DNA of 64,000 bases, taken from contig OZ245365.1 of the NCBI GenBank assembly GCA_965226495.1, positions 2,560,001 through 2,624,000 of the forward strand, written 5' to 3'. Numbering within the stretch: the first letter of the stretch is position 1; each line of letters begins with the position of its first letter. Position numbers and translations under genes: made by a program. This DNA comes from Candidatus Marinacidobacterales bacterium. GTDB lineage: Bacteria > Acidobacteriota > Vicinamibacteria > Marinacidobacterales > DATDRI01. Of the stretch, positions 40,397 through 49,418 are shown one piece after another. Under the pieces are notes generated by a model. It ran no database searches and was not told the origin of the DNA. It saw only the letters and a program-made list of their open reading frames with translations.

Positions 40397-41935
40397 TTAG
40401 GTCTCGGATTTCAAGGAGACCGCGTGCAGATCCCAAATTTGATCGCCTCGAGGCACAAAGCCCTCGACCCGACCGGCGACGCCGAAACTCCGGATCTGGA
40501 TGTAAAGTGGGATGGGGCAGACTTCTTCGATGATCAAGAGTCGCTCGATCTGGTTGTACACACGGTCTTGCTCGTCACCGTCCGCGGTTGCCGCTTCCTC
40601 CACCAGACGATCCACGCGAGGATCGGAGCAATACGTCACGACGCTCTTGGTGGTCCAATAGGAACGGATGGGTCCGTCTTCATGGGCGAATGTGGGGATG
40701 GTGCTGATGAGATGCATTCCGCTCATGTCATCGGTCAGGAGTAGATCCAGGAAGGCTCCTTCTTCCATTGGGTCGCGCTCGACGGTGAATCCGGCGGCTT
40801 CCAGCATGCCCGCGATCGCCCCCCCCACTTCGTTGTCCAACATGTAGCGACCAACCGTGTAGTGGAACTCGATCGGAGGCAGATCGCCGACCTCCTCGAG
40901 AATGGCTCGTGTCGCGGCGAGGTCGTAGGTTACATAGTCGTCGTGTCCTCCGGCACTCGGGAACATTGGATGGAACAAGTTGGGATCCGAAATCGCACCG
41001 TCGGCTCCGAAGATCGCTTCGACGAGAAGCTCCGTGTCGATCGCGTGGGCGACCGCCTTCCTGACCCGGAGGTCATCGAACGGGGGCGCCCGCCGATTCA
41101 TCTGCAACATCATCTTAGTGAGCTCCGGGACCCGGAGCACGCCGGCGTCCGGCGCCGTTTCGACCATTTTGGTGAGCTGTGGAGGCAGGTCAACGACGAT
41201 GTCCGCCGCACCGGAGACCAGTAGGGCGGCCCGCGAGCTTGCCTCGGCACTCCAGCTCAAACGCACTCCGCCCAGAGTCGGCGCCCCGCGATAGAACTCC
41301 TCGTTCCGCACCAAGACGATCTCCCGCCCCTCGTTCCATGCCTCTAGTTCGAATGGCCCGGTTCCCACTGGCGAGAGTCCGACGCCGGTGGCCCCGACAG
41401 CGAGGTAGTGCTCCTTGGGAAACACCGGCACCATCATCATCATCATGGGAAGGAACGACAGCGGCTGTGAAGTCGTCACCCGCACGGTGTCCTGGTCGAT
41501 CGTCTCGATCGATTCGAGCGCCGCGAAGTATCGGGAGGAGACCCCCGTCACTTCGTCTCGTGCCTTCAGGATATTGAACGCCGCCACTTCGGCATCAAAG
41601 ACCTCGCCGTTGTGGAATTGGACGCCGGTTCGCACGTCGAATTCCCACGTCAAAGGTTCGAGCCGTCGCCAGTCGACCGTGAGGCCGTCCTTGGTCGCTT
41701 GGTAGGTTTTAGAGTCGGGAGCCACCAGTGCTTCGACCACCAACCGACTGACTCCCACGCTCGCTCGGCTGTTGTCGATGAACGGATGGAAGGAGCGAGG
41801 TTCCGAACCGAGAACGATCCGAATGCGGCGCTCCGCCGGATCCGCGTCGTCTGTCCCCGGCCCGCTCCCACACGCCACGGCGAGCAAGCAAAGCCCGGCT
41901 ATTCCACTCGACCTTGGTGACAGGAAACCTCTCAT
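40397..41935 (-). CDS. ABC substrate-binding lipoprotein, family 5
   Basis: Lipobox AVAC, VQFHNGE, PVGTGPF, PFDDLRVRKA. Confidence 0.92.
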   Translation of the reverse strand: MRGFLSPRSSGIAGLCLLAVACGSGPGTDDADPAERRIRIVLGSEPRSFHPFIDNSRASVGVSRLVVEALVAPDSKTYQATKDGLTVDWRRLEPLTWEFDVRTGVQFHNGEVFDAEVAAFNILKARDEVTGVSSRYFAALESIETIDQDTVRVTTSQPLSFLPMMMMMVPVFPKEHYLAVGATGVGLSPVGTGPFELEAWNEGREIVLVRNEEFYRGAPTLGGVRLSWSAEASSRAALLVSGAADIVVDLPPQLTKMVETAPDAGVLRVPELTKMMLQMNRRAPPFDDLRVRKAVAHAIDTELLVEAIFGADGAISDPNLFHPMFPSAGGHDDYVTYDLAATRAILEEVGDLPPIEFHYTVGRYMLDNEVGGAIAGMLEAAGFTVERDPMEEGAFLDLLLTDDMSGMHLISTIPTFAHEDGPIRSYWTTKSVVTYCSDPRVDRLVEEAATADGDEQDRVYNQIERLLIIEEVCPIPLYIQIRSFGVAGRVEGFVPRGDQIWDLHAVSLKSET

Positions 41936-41944
41936 GCGCGACTG

Positions 41945-43174
41945 TCAGGAGGCCGGGGCGTCGTTCCGCACGACCTCCCCGCCCTTCATGACGAAACGCA
42001 GCTTCCGGTAGGCCGAGATGTTCTCCAGCGGGTCCCCGTCGATGCCGACGAGGTCCGCGTATTTCCCCGGCCCTATCGTTCCGATCTGGTCCTCGACACG
42101 CAGCCACTCCGCCGGCTTCACCGTGGCGGCTCGCAGCGCCTGCCGCGGCGTCATGCCCGCTTCCACCAGATACTCGAGCTCCCGCACCGTAGCGGTCGTA
42201 CCCTCGAACGGCTCGGCGGGCAGCATGTCCGTCCCGAGAGCGACATTCACGCCGGACTCGATCGCGAGCTTGAGCCCCGCCATATGTGCCGGTCCTTTCC
42301 CGAGCGCTCTCTCCACCATCCACGGTGGCGCCTTAATCCGGTCGTAGAATTCCTTGCAACGCGTCACCAGGATCGTCGGCACCAGCCACGTCCCGCGCTC
42401 CACCATGAGCTTCACGACCTCCTCATTCAGCTCGTAGCCATGCTCGATACAGTCGAGGCCGCACTCGATCCCCATCTTGATGACATGCGCCGGCCCGACA
42501 TGCGCCGTTACCTTCTTGTCCCATCCATGAGCGACTTCCGTCACCGCCCGGAGCTCGTCGGGAGCCACCTGAGAGTCCATCCTGCCTTCGAACTCTCCTG
42601 AGATACCCCCCGAGATCATGACCTTGATGAGATCGGCACCGGCCTTGAGCTGCGCCCGCGCCACTTTTCGAAACTCCGCCGGCCCATCCGCCTCGACCGC
42701 GCCGGCTCCCCGGCCATGCCCGCCGGTGCAGGAAATCGCGGTTCCTGCCGTAAAGAGGCGAGGACCCTGGGCTTCGCCTCGGCCGATCGCTTTCCTGAGC
42801 GCGAGATCGGCGTGGCGTTTCTCCGAGACCAGTCGCAGCGACGTGGCTCCGGCGTGGAGCGCCTTGCGCGCATTGGAAGCGATCCGGAGTGCCAGCTCGG
42901 CATCGTTCTCGGTCGCGAGACGCGTCGCTTCCGCGCCCGGCAGTGCGAGGCAGAGGTGTACGTGCATATTGATGAGTCCGGGCGTGACATACGCGCCCCG
43001 GAGATCGAGGGTCTCCGTCACCCCCGCTTTCTTGGCACGCTCGACGACTTCGTTCGCGCTTCCCGACTCCACGATGCGCTCGCCCTTCACCCAGATGGCC
43101 GCGTCCTTGAGTGGCGCTTCCAGCGTCGCATCAACCATGTGACAGTTCGTCAGTACTAGCGCTCGCTCTTTCAA
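41945..43174 (-). CDS. Metal-dependent amidohydrolase (prolidase-like)
   Basis: PGLINMHVH, GADLIK, AH, IEHG, GTD, GKYADLV. Confidence 0.92.
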   Translation of the reverse strand: MKERALVLTNCHMVDATLEAPLKDAAIWVKGERIVESGSANEVVERAKKAGVTETLDLRGAYVTPGLINMHVHLCLALPGAEATRLATENDAELALRIASNARKALHAGATSLRLVSEKRHADLALRKAIGRGEAQGPRLFTAGTAISCTGGHGRGAGAVEADGPAEFRKVARAQLKAGADLIKVMISGGISGEFEGRMDSQVAPDELRAVTEVAHGWDKKVTAHVGPAHVIKMGIECGLDCIEHGYELNEEVVKLMVERGTWLVPTILVTRCKEFYDRIKAPPWMVERALGKGPAHMAGLKLAIESGVNVALGTDMLPAEPFEGTTATVRELEYLVEAGMTPRQALRAATVKPAEWLRVEDQIGTIGPGKYADLVGIDGDPLENISAYRKLRFVMKGGEVVRNDAPAS

Positions 43175-43230
43175 GTCTCGCTCCTATGTCATGGCTCTCA
43201 CTAGAACTTAGAGAAACTCTGCAGGCGGCC

Positions 43231-43259
43231 ACTGTATGCAGGAGCGAATCCAGTGTCAA
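43231..43259 (-). promoter_or_regulatory. sigma70-type promoter for the amidohydrolase-ABC-PhyH operon
   Basis: Minus strand TTGACA-N17-TACAGT. Confidence 0.6.
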
Positions 43260-43279
43260 TCTCGTGTATAACGGGATTC

Positions 43280-44677
43280 ATGACTCGTGAGTTGTGGCAG
43301 CTCGGCGTTGGCGCGTTGACGTCACGTTACCGAGAGCGGAAGACCTCGCCCAGCGAGGTCATGGCGGCGCTCGCCCAGCGAATCGAGCGGATCGAACCCA
43401 CCGTCAACTCCTTCGCTACGCTCACCCTCGACAAGGCTAGAGAAGAGGCGAAGGTCCTCACCGAAGAGCTGGCCCGAGGTGAGAACCGGGGCGCCCTGCA
43501 CGGGATTCCCGTCGCACTCAAGGAGCTCTTCCACGTCGCGGGAGTAGAGACCTCGTACGGGGCGACATTAATAAAGGTGGTGCCGGACCAGGACGCAGCC
43601 TCCGTACACCGTCTTCGTGAAGCCGGTGCGATCGTTATCGGACTAACCCGCTCCCACGAATGGGGTTGGGGCATCACCACCCAGCACCCAGATGGTGGGG
43701 GTACACGGAATCCCTGGGATCTCACCCGGGTGCCCGGCGGGTCCAGCGGGGGCTCCGCAGCGGCGGTCGCCGCGGGGCTCGTCCCTCTGGCGCTGGGAAC
43801 CGATACCGGAGGTTCCGTCCGCCAACCCGCGAGTTACTGCGGCGTCGTAGGCTTCAAGCCAACGTTTGGTCGAATCCGCCGGGGCGGCGTCTTACCGCTC
43901 GCGCCATCCTTCGATCACATCGGCATCATGGCTCGCGAATCCGGAGATACCGCGATCGCTCTCTCCGTTCTCGCCCGCGGCGCTCCTGAATTACCTAAAC
44001 CGCCTGAATTGCCGGTGCGGGGTCTCCGCGTCGGACTCGCTCCAGACTTGAACGTCCTCGAGCTCAAAACCGAGTACGCCACCACGTTGGATCACGTCAT
44101 CCAGCTCCTCACGAGAGAAGGTGCCATTCTTACCGAGCGGCGCGGGTTGGATCCCGATGAAGTCCTCGCTACCTACCTCACCATCCAAATGGCGGAGGCG
44201 TACGACGTGCACCACGACCGGCTCGAGACCTACCCCAAGAGGGCGACCGGCTATTCCGCGCGCATCCGTGCGCGCCTCGAAGAGGCTCAAACGATCGATT
44301 CGTCTCGTGTCGTGGAAGCTCGCGCGAACGTCCCGCGGATCCGTAAACGATTCGAGACGTTCTTCGAAGGGATCGATGTCCTTCTGACACCCGTTGCCGC
44401 CGCGGGCCCGTCCCTCGTCGCAAACCCAGATACCGTTTCACACCGAGGCGTCGAGGTTCCATTTCGAGATCTCGCGATGCACTACGTGATTCACCAGAAT
44501 CTCACCGGCTTCCCGGCTGTCACGATCCGCGCCGGCTTCGATGAAGAAGGCGTTCCGGTCGGTGTTCAGCTTACGGCCGTGCCAGAGAAAGAGAGCCTGC
44601 TCCTCCAACTAGCGGGGAAGCTCGAAGGGATGCTCGCGACGGACCGCCGAAACTGGCCGCCGCTCGAAGATGGTTGA
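43280..44677 (+). CDS. Amidase (amidase-signature family)
   Basis: LHGIPVALKE, GGSSGGS, GTDTGGSVRQP. Confidence 0.94.
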   Translation: MTRELWQLGVGALTSRYRERKTSPSEVMAALAQRIERIEPTVNSFATLTLDKAREEAKVLTEELARGENRGALHGIPVALKELFHVAGVETSYGATLIKVVPDQDAASVHRLREAGAIVIGLTRSHEWGWGITTQHPDGGGTRNPWDLTRVPGGSSGGSAAAVAAGLVPLALGTDTGGSVRQPASYCGVVGFKPTFGRIRRGGVLPLAPSFDHIGIMARESGDTAIALSVLARGAPELPKPPELPVRGLRVGLAPDLNVLELKTEYATTLDHVIQLLTREGAILTERRGLDPDEVLATYLTIQMAEAYDVHHDRLETYPKRATGYSARIRARLEEAQTIDSSRVVEARANVPRIRKRFETFFEGIDVLLTPVAAAGPSLVANPDTVSHRGVEVPFRDLAMHYVIHQNLTGFPAVTIRAGFDEEGVPVGVQLTAVPEKESLLLQLAGKLEGMLATDRRNWPPLEDG

Positions 44678-44761
44678 GCCTTCTGCCGGGAAGGAGGCGC
44701 CGCCCGGTGTGTGGATAGCTCCTAATCTACTCGGCCTGACAACCGTCACCTTCCTTTTCTA

Positions 44762-44790
44762 TTGACATTTCCGTGACCGAGGTGTAATTA
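44762..44790 (+). promoter_or_regulatory. sigma70-type promoter
   Basis: TTGACA-N17-TAATTA with a T-rich upstream tract. Confidence 0.65.
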
Positions 44791-44796
44791 CTAAAT

Positions 44797-45145
44797 TAGC
44801 TTCCACGGTAGCTTACGCTTGCTACCGCGAACCGGAAAGGAGACACTTCGTGACTCCACCTGGCCATTTGAGGCCTTCAAAAGGCTGAGGCCAGCCGCAC
44901 GCATCACGCGAGCCTGGTCGCTTTTGAAGGTAGGCATACGAGACCGTTTTGACTTAGGTCCGGCCTGTAAACGTATCCTTAGATCGCTGAGCCGAGTTAG
45001 CGCCACAGAATACGGCGCCCCGCGCTCCGATCGGGTCCGGCTTCCAAAAGCCTTTCGGTCGGCTCCCCTAAGTCACTCACTCCTTAGGCTGCTTTCCCAA
45101 GCGGCCCGAAAAGGCGGGGTGTGCACGTGGCCACTCCGCCTTTTC
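44797..45145 (+). ncRNA. Candidate structured non-coding RNA (~350 nt), family not recognised
   Basis: Lies between a promoter and a terminator; many complementary helices including a 9-bp long-range pairing; no credible long ORF. Confidence 0.55.
45108..45145 (+). terminator. Intrinsic terminator-like hairpin
   Basis: GAAAAGGCGGGGTG/CACTCCGCCTTTTC, 14 bp with one G-U pair. Confidence 0.75.
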
Positions 45146-45285
45146 ACATCCACTGCTCCACTTGCGCGTCCCAACTACCGAAGGCTAAAATACGTCTCGC
45201 ATTTGGAAGCGTTGTCTAACTCCGAGGTGGGTGCCGCCACACCTTGGTCAGTCGAAATCGTCAACCGTATTGGGGGTCAGCAACC

Positions 45286-46314
45286 ATGGCAGAACTCGAT
45301 CCATCCAAGATCTTGCAAGTCGGACTCGGCTACTGGGGTTCGAAAACTCTACTGAGCGCCGTGGAACTTGGCCTCTTCACCGAGCTCGCACGTCAGCCGA
45401 TGACCGGAAAACAAGTCGAGGCGAAGCTAGGGTTGCATCCTCGCGCCACTTACGACTTCCTCGATGCAGTGCTTGCGCTCGGTTTCCTACGGCGCGACGG
45501 AGACGGCGCGGACGGCGTTTATCGCAATACCGAAGAGACCCAGGCCTTCTTGGATCGAGAATCCCTCCGCTACATCGGTGGGATGCTCGAAATGAGCAAC
45601 GCACGCCAGTTCGCCTACTGGAACGACCTCACCGAAGGGCTGCGCACCGGCAAGCCGCAAAACGAGGTAAAGCACACCGGCAAGTCGATCTTCGAGGTGC
45701 TCTATGCTGACCCCGCGCAGCTCGAGAGCTTCATGAACGCGATGGCCGGCATCTCGATGGGTAACTTCAACGCCTTCGCACAGAAGTTCGACTTCTCGCC
45801 CTACAAGACGATGTGCGACGTGGGCGGGGCGACGGGGCAACTGTCGATCGTCTGTGCGCAACACAATCCTCACTTGAAGTGTATAAGCTTTGATCTGCCA
45901 CCGGTGGCGCCCATTGCGCAACAGAGCATCGACGCCGCCGGGATGAGCGGCCGGATCGAAACTGCCCAGGGCAACTTTTTCACGGACCCCTTGCCCGCGG
46001 CAGACCTCATCACCATGGGCATGATCCTGCACGACTGGAACTTGGAGAAAAAGATGCACCTGGTCCGGTCGGTCTACGACGCGCTGCCCCCCGGGGGGAC
46101 GTTCGCGGTCATCGAAAACCTCATCGATGACGCGCGGCGGGAGAACGTGTTTGGCCTCTTGATGTCACTCAACATGCTGCTCGAATTCGGAGACGCCTTC
46201 GACTTCACGGGCGCCGACTTCGACGGCTGGTGCCGGGAGGTGGGCTTCGAGCGGACCGAGGTACTTCACCTCGCCGGGCCCGCGAGCACGGGCATCGCCT
46301 ACAAAGCTAAGTGA
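45286..46314 (+). CDS. SAM-dependent O-methyltransferase (Methyltransf_2 plus dimerisation domain)
   Basis: AVELGLF, CDVGGATG, GNFF, ILHDW. Confidence 0.92.
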   Translation: MAELDPSKILQVGLGYWGSKTLLSAVELGLFTELARQPMTGKQVEAKLGLHPRATYDFLDAVLALGFLRRDGDGADGVYRNTEETQAFLDRESLRYIGGMLEMSNARQFAYWNDLTEGLRTGKPQNEVKHTGKSIFEVLYADPAQLESFMNAMAGISMGNFNAFAQKFDFSPYKTMCDVGGATGQLSIVCAQHNPHLKCISFDLPPVAPIAQQSIDAAGMSGRIETAQGNFFTDPLPAADLITMGMILHDWNLEKKMHLVRSVYDALPPGGTFAVIENLIDDARRENVFGLLMSLNMLLEFGDAFDFTGADFDGWCREVGFERTEVLHLAGPASTGIAYKAK

Positions 46315-46324
46315 AGTGATCTGC

Positions 46325-47497
46325 TCATGTAGCTACCGTCCCGACGTCGAAAGCAACGGCGAGACGGTCGGCCACCGCGAGTCCATCGAGTGTCGGTCGG
46401 AGCGAGTCTTCTTCGAGCTCGACGAGTCCGTCGGCAGAGAGCTTCGCAACGAGGGTCTCGTTGATCTTCAGGAGGTCGACGTCGAACCGCTCGCGTACCC
46501 AGGCAAGATTTAAGCCGTCCTTGGTGCGCATGCGGAGCATGACCGCCTCTAGAAGAAAGTCCTCGTCGCCGAGCGTCTCTCGCCCATCGACCGCACTCTC
46601 CCCGCGGCCGATCTTCTTCTCCCAATCGAAAAGCGAACGCTCGTTCCAAAAACGGGAACGACCGTCGAAGGAATGGGCCGAGGGCCCCAGACCGAGGTAC
46701 GGAGTGTGGTACCAGTATTTCTGGTTGTGGCGCGAGCGGTGCGATTCGGAGCGGGCGAAGTTCGAGACTTCGTAGCCCTCATAGCCCGCATCGGCGAGAA
46801 ACTCATGCGTAAGGCGAAAAAGCTCGGCCTGTCGGTCCTCCGAAACCTCCATGACCTCCCCTTCGCTTTTCCTCCGCCCAAAGAGTGTCTGGTCGTGAAT
46901 CGTCAGCTGGTAGCAAGACAGATGATCGGGCGCTAGGGCGACGGCCGCTTCCAGCTCCTTTCGCCAGCCGGCGACCTCCTGTCCCGGACGGCCGTATATG
47001 AGATCCAGAGAAAGCTCGTTAATGCCGGCCTCGCGCGCGAGGCCGACACTCCGGCGCACGTCGTCAACGGTATGGTGCCGACCCAGCCACCCAAGTGCAT
47101 CGTCGTCCAACGCCTGAACACCCAGCGACAGCGTTCCGATGCTGAGCTCTCGGCAGACGGAGAGCGAAGAGGGGTTTACGTCTTCCGGGTTGGCCTCCAA
47201 AAACCATCGACAACTAGGGGCTAGCCAACCCTTCTCGGCAATGGCTTCTGCGATCTCCGATAGGCCCTCGCCGTAGAGGAACGATGGGGTCCCACCTCCG
47301 AAGTACACGGTGTCGAAGCCCCGAATCTCCTCATCGGCGAGATCGATCTCTCTCAATAGCTGTGAGACGAATCGCTCCTGCCGCGAGTGGTTTCCCGTGA
47401 GCACCGCGAAGTCGCAGTAGGGACAGATCGAAGAGCAGAAAGGAATGTGAACGTAGAGTCCGGGCTTACTCGACTTCGAAGACCGATCAGTCTTCAT
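46325..47497 (-). CDS. hemW: Radical SAM heme chaperone HemW
   Basis: LYVHIPFCSSICPYCDF, GGGTPS, YEVSNF, HNQKYW; adjacent to lepA. Confidence 0.9.
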   Translation of the reverse strand: MKTDRSSKSSKPGLYVHIPFCSSICPYCDFAVLTGNHSRQERFVSQLLREIDLADEEIRGFDTVYFGGGTPSFLYGEGLSEIAEAIAEKGWLAPSCRWFLEANPEDVNPSSLSVCRELSIGTLSLGVQALDDDALGWLGRHHTVDDVRRSVGLAREAGINELSLDLIYGRPGQEVAGWRKELEAAVALAPDHLSCYQLTIHDQTLFGRRKSEGEVMEVSEDRQAELFRLTHEFLADAGYEGYEVSNFARSESHRSRHNQKYWYHTPYLGLGPSAHSFDGRSRFWNERSLFDWEKKIGRGESAVDGRETLGDEDFLLEAVMLRMRTKDGLNLAWVRERFDVDLLKINETLVAKLSADGLVELEEDSLRPTLDGLAVADRLAVAFDVGTVAT

Positions 47498-49289
47498 CCG
47501 TCTTGAGGACGGCCACGAAGGCCGCTTGAGGAATCTCGACGGCACCCACCATCTTCATGCGCCTCTTCCCTTCCTTCTGCTTCTCGAGGAGTTTTCGTTT
47601 GCGGGTGATGTCTCCACCGTAGCACCTGGCGGTGACGTCTTTCCGGTAGGCGTTGATGGTCGTGCGCGCAATGATATTGCCTCCGATAGCCCCCTGAATG
47701 GCAATTTTGAACTGTTGCTTAGGAATGGCTTCGGCGAGACGCTCACAGTAGTGAAGCGCCCGCGGACGGGCCTTGTCCACGTGTACGAGCTGCGAGAGGG
47801 CATCGACACTCTCGCCGTTGACGAGAATGTCCACCTTGGCAATCTTCGTCTCACGATAATCGAGCATGTCGTAATCGAAAGAACCATAGCCCTGGGTGAC
47901 GGTTTTCAGGCGGTCATAGAAGTCGAAGAGCACCTCGGCCAAAGGTAGCTCCGAGGTGAGCTCGACCCTCCCTACCGCCAGGTAGTGGAACGTCGTATTC
48001 ACACCGCGGCGGTCACGGCAAAGCTCCATGACGACCCCCAAGTACTTCTCCGGCATCATCACCGAAGCCTTGATGTAAGGCTCTTCAGACTTGATGATCT
48101 GCATCGGATCCGGGAAGCGGCTCGGGTTGTCTATCATCACCACACCCTCCTTCTCGAGGGTGAGGCGGTATTTAACCGACGGAGCGGAGAGCAGCAAGGA
48201 GAGGTCGTACTCGCGCTGAAGGCGTTCCTGGATCACATCTAGATGCAAGAGGCCGAGAAAGCCGCAGCGAAACCCATACCCTAGAGCCGCCGAAGAGTCC
48301 TTCTCATAGGTCAGGGCCGGATCGTTGAGCGTGAGCTTGTCCAGTGCTTTCGTCAGGTCTTCGTAGTCGTCGGTGGACATCGGGTAGATGGAAGAAAAGA
48401 CGACCGGCTTGGCTTCCTTGTACCCCGGCAAGGGCTGTGGCGCTGGGTTCTCCTTATGGGTGATGGTGTCGCCGATGGCAATTTCGTGCACCGCCTTGAT
48501 GTTGGCGATCACGTAACCCACCGCCCCGGCGGAAAGCTCCTCTTGCTTTACCCGTTTGAGCTGGAGCAGTCCCACTTCCTCGACATCGTAGTCCTTCCCA
48601 CTGTGCATCAACTGTATTGTCTGTCCGGACTTCATGGTTCCCTGCTTGATACGGCAATACAGAACCACGCCACGATAAACGTCGTACTGTGCGTCGAAGA
48701 TGAGCGCCTGGAGCGGGGCCTCGGGATCGCCACTAGGAGCCGGTAGCTTCTCGATGATGGCCTCCAGAAGCTCGTCGATTCCCTGCCCCAGCTTGGCCGA
48801 AACGGGAATCGCTTCCAGGGCATCGAGCCCCAAATCTTTTTCAATTTCCTCTTGGACTCTGTCGATGTCGGCGGCGGGGAGATCGATCTTGTTGATGATG
48901 GGAAGCAACGTGAGATCGTGCTCTGTCGCCAGATAAAGGTTCGCAACCGTCTGCGCCTCGACACCTTGAGCGGCGTCCACCAGGATGAGCGCCCCATCGC
49001 TGGACATCATGGAGCGACGCACCTCGTGGGAGAAGTCCACGTGACCGGGCGTGTCGATGAGATTGAGTAGGTAGTCGCGTCCGTCCTTCGCCTTATAGTT
49101 CAGACTGACGGTGTTGCTCTTGATCGTAATCCCCCGCTCCCGCTCCAAATCCATGGAGTCCAGGAGCTGGTCACGGAAGTCCCGGTCGGCGACCCCTCCG
49201 CACCGCTGGATGAGGCGATCGGCAAGCGTGGATTTCCCATGGTCGATGTGGGCGATAATGCAGAAGTTTCGGATTTGCGTAAGGGCCAT
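47487..49289 (-). CDS. lepA: Elongation factor 4
   Basis: IRNFCIIAHIDHGKSTLADR, GFRCGFLGLLH, CYGGDITRKRKLLEKQKEGK. Confidence 0.98.
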   Translation of the reverse strand: MALTQIRNFCIIAHIDHGKSTLADRLIQRCGGVADRDFRDQLLDSMDLERERGITIKSNTVSLNYKAKDGRDYLLNLIDTPGHVDFSHEVRRSMMSSDGALILVDAAQGVEAQTVANLYLATEHDLTLLPIINKIDLPAADIDRVQEEIEKDLGLDALEAIPVSAKLGQGIDELLEAIIEKLPAPSGDPEAPLQALIFDAQYDVYRGVVLYCRIKQGTMKSGQTIQLMHSGKDYDVEEVGLLQLKRVKQEELSAGAVGYVIANIKAVHEIAIGDTITHKENPAPQPLPGYKEAKPVVFSSIYPMSTDDYEDLTKALDKLTLNDPALTYEKDSSAALGYGFRCGFLGLLHLDVIQERLQREYDLSLLLSAPSVKYRLTLEKEGVVMIDNPSRFPDPMQIIKSEEPYIKASVMMPEKYLGVVMELCRDRRGVNTTFHYLAVGRVELTSELPLAEVLFDFYDRLKTVTQGYGSFDYDMLDYRETKIAKVDILVNGESVDALSQLVHVDKARPRALHYCERLAEAIPKQQFKIAIQGAIGGNIIARTTINAYRKDVTARCYGGDITRKRKLLEKQKEGKRRMKMVGAVEIPQAAFVAVLKTDED

Positions 49290-49418
49290 AGATTTAGACG
49301 GTTTTTAAAGCGCGCAAACACTGTAGTTTAGCACGGTTTTCCCGCACGGGTGCGACCCCACCAACGTGAGCGTGGCTGGCGAGCCTCCGGCCAAGTGATT
49401 TAGAATCCTTCAAGCACA

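Noticed and set aside
45169-45190. GTCCCAACTACC similar to IS200/IS605 omega-RNA ends
   Set aside because: No terminal hairpin and no iscB/tnpB gene; the match is too short.
44819-45355. 178-aa ORF across the candidate ncRNA
   Set aside because: TTG start without an RBS, Arg/Ser/Pro-rich composition, crosses the terminator and overlaps the methyltransferase out of frame.
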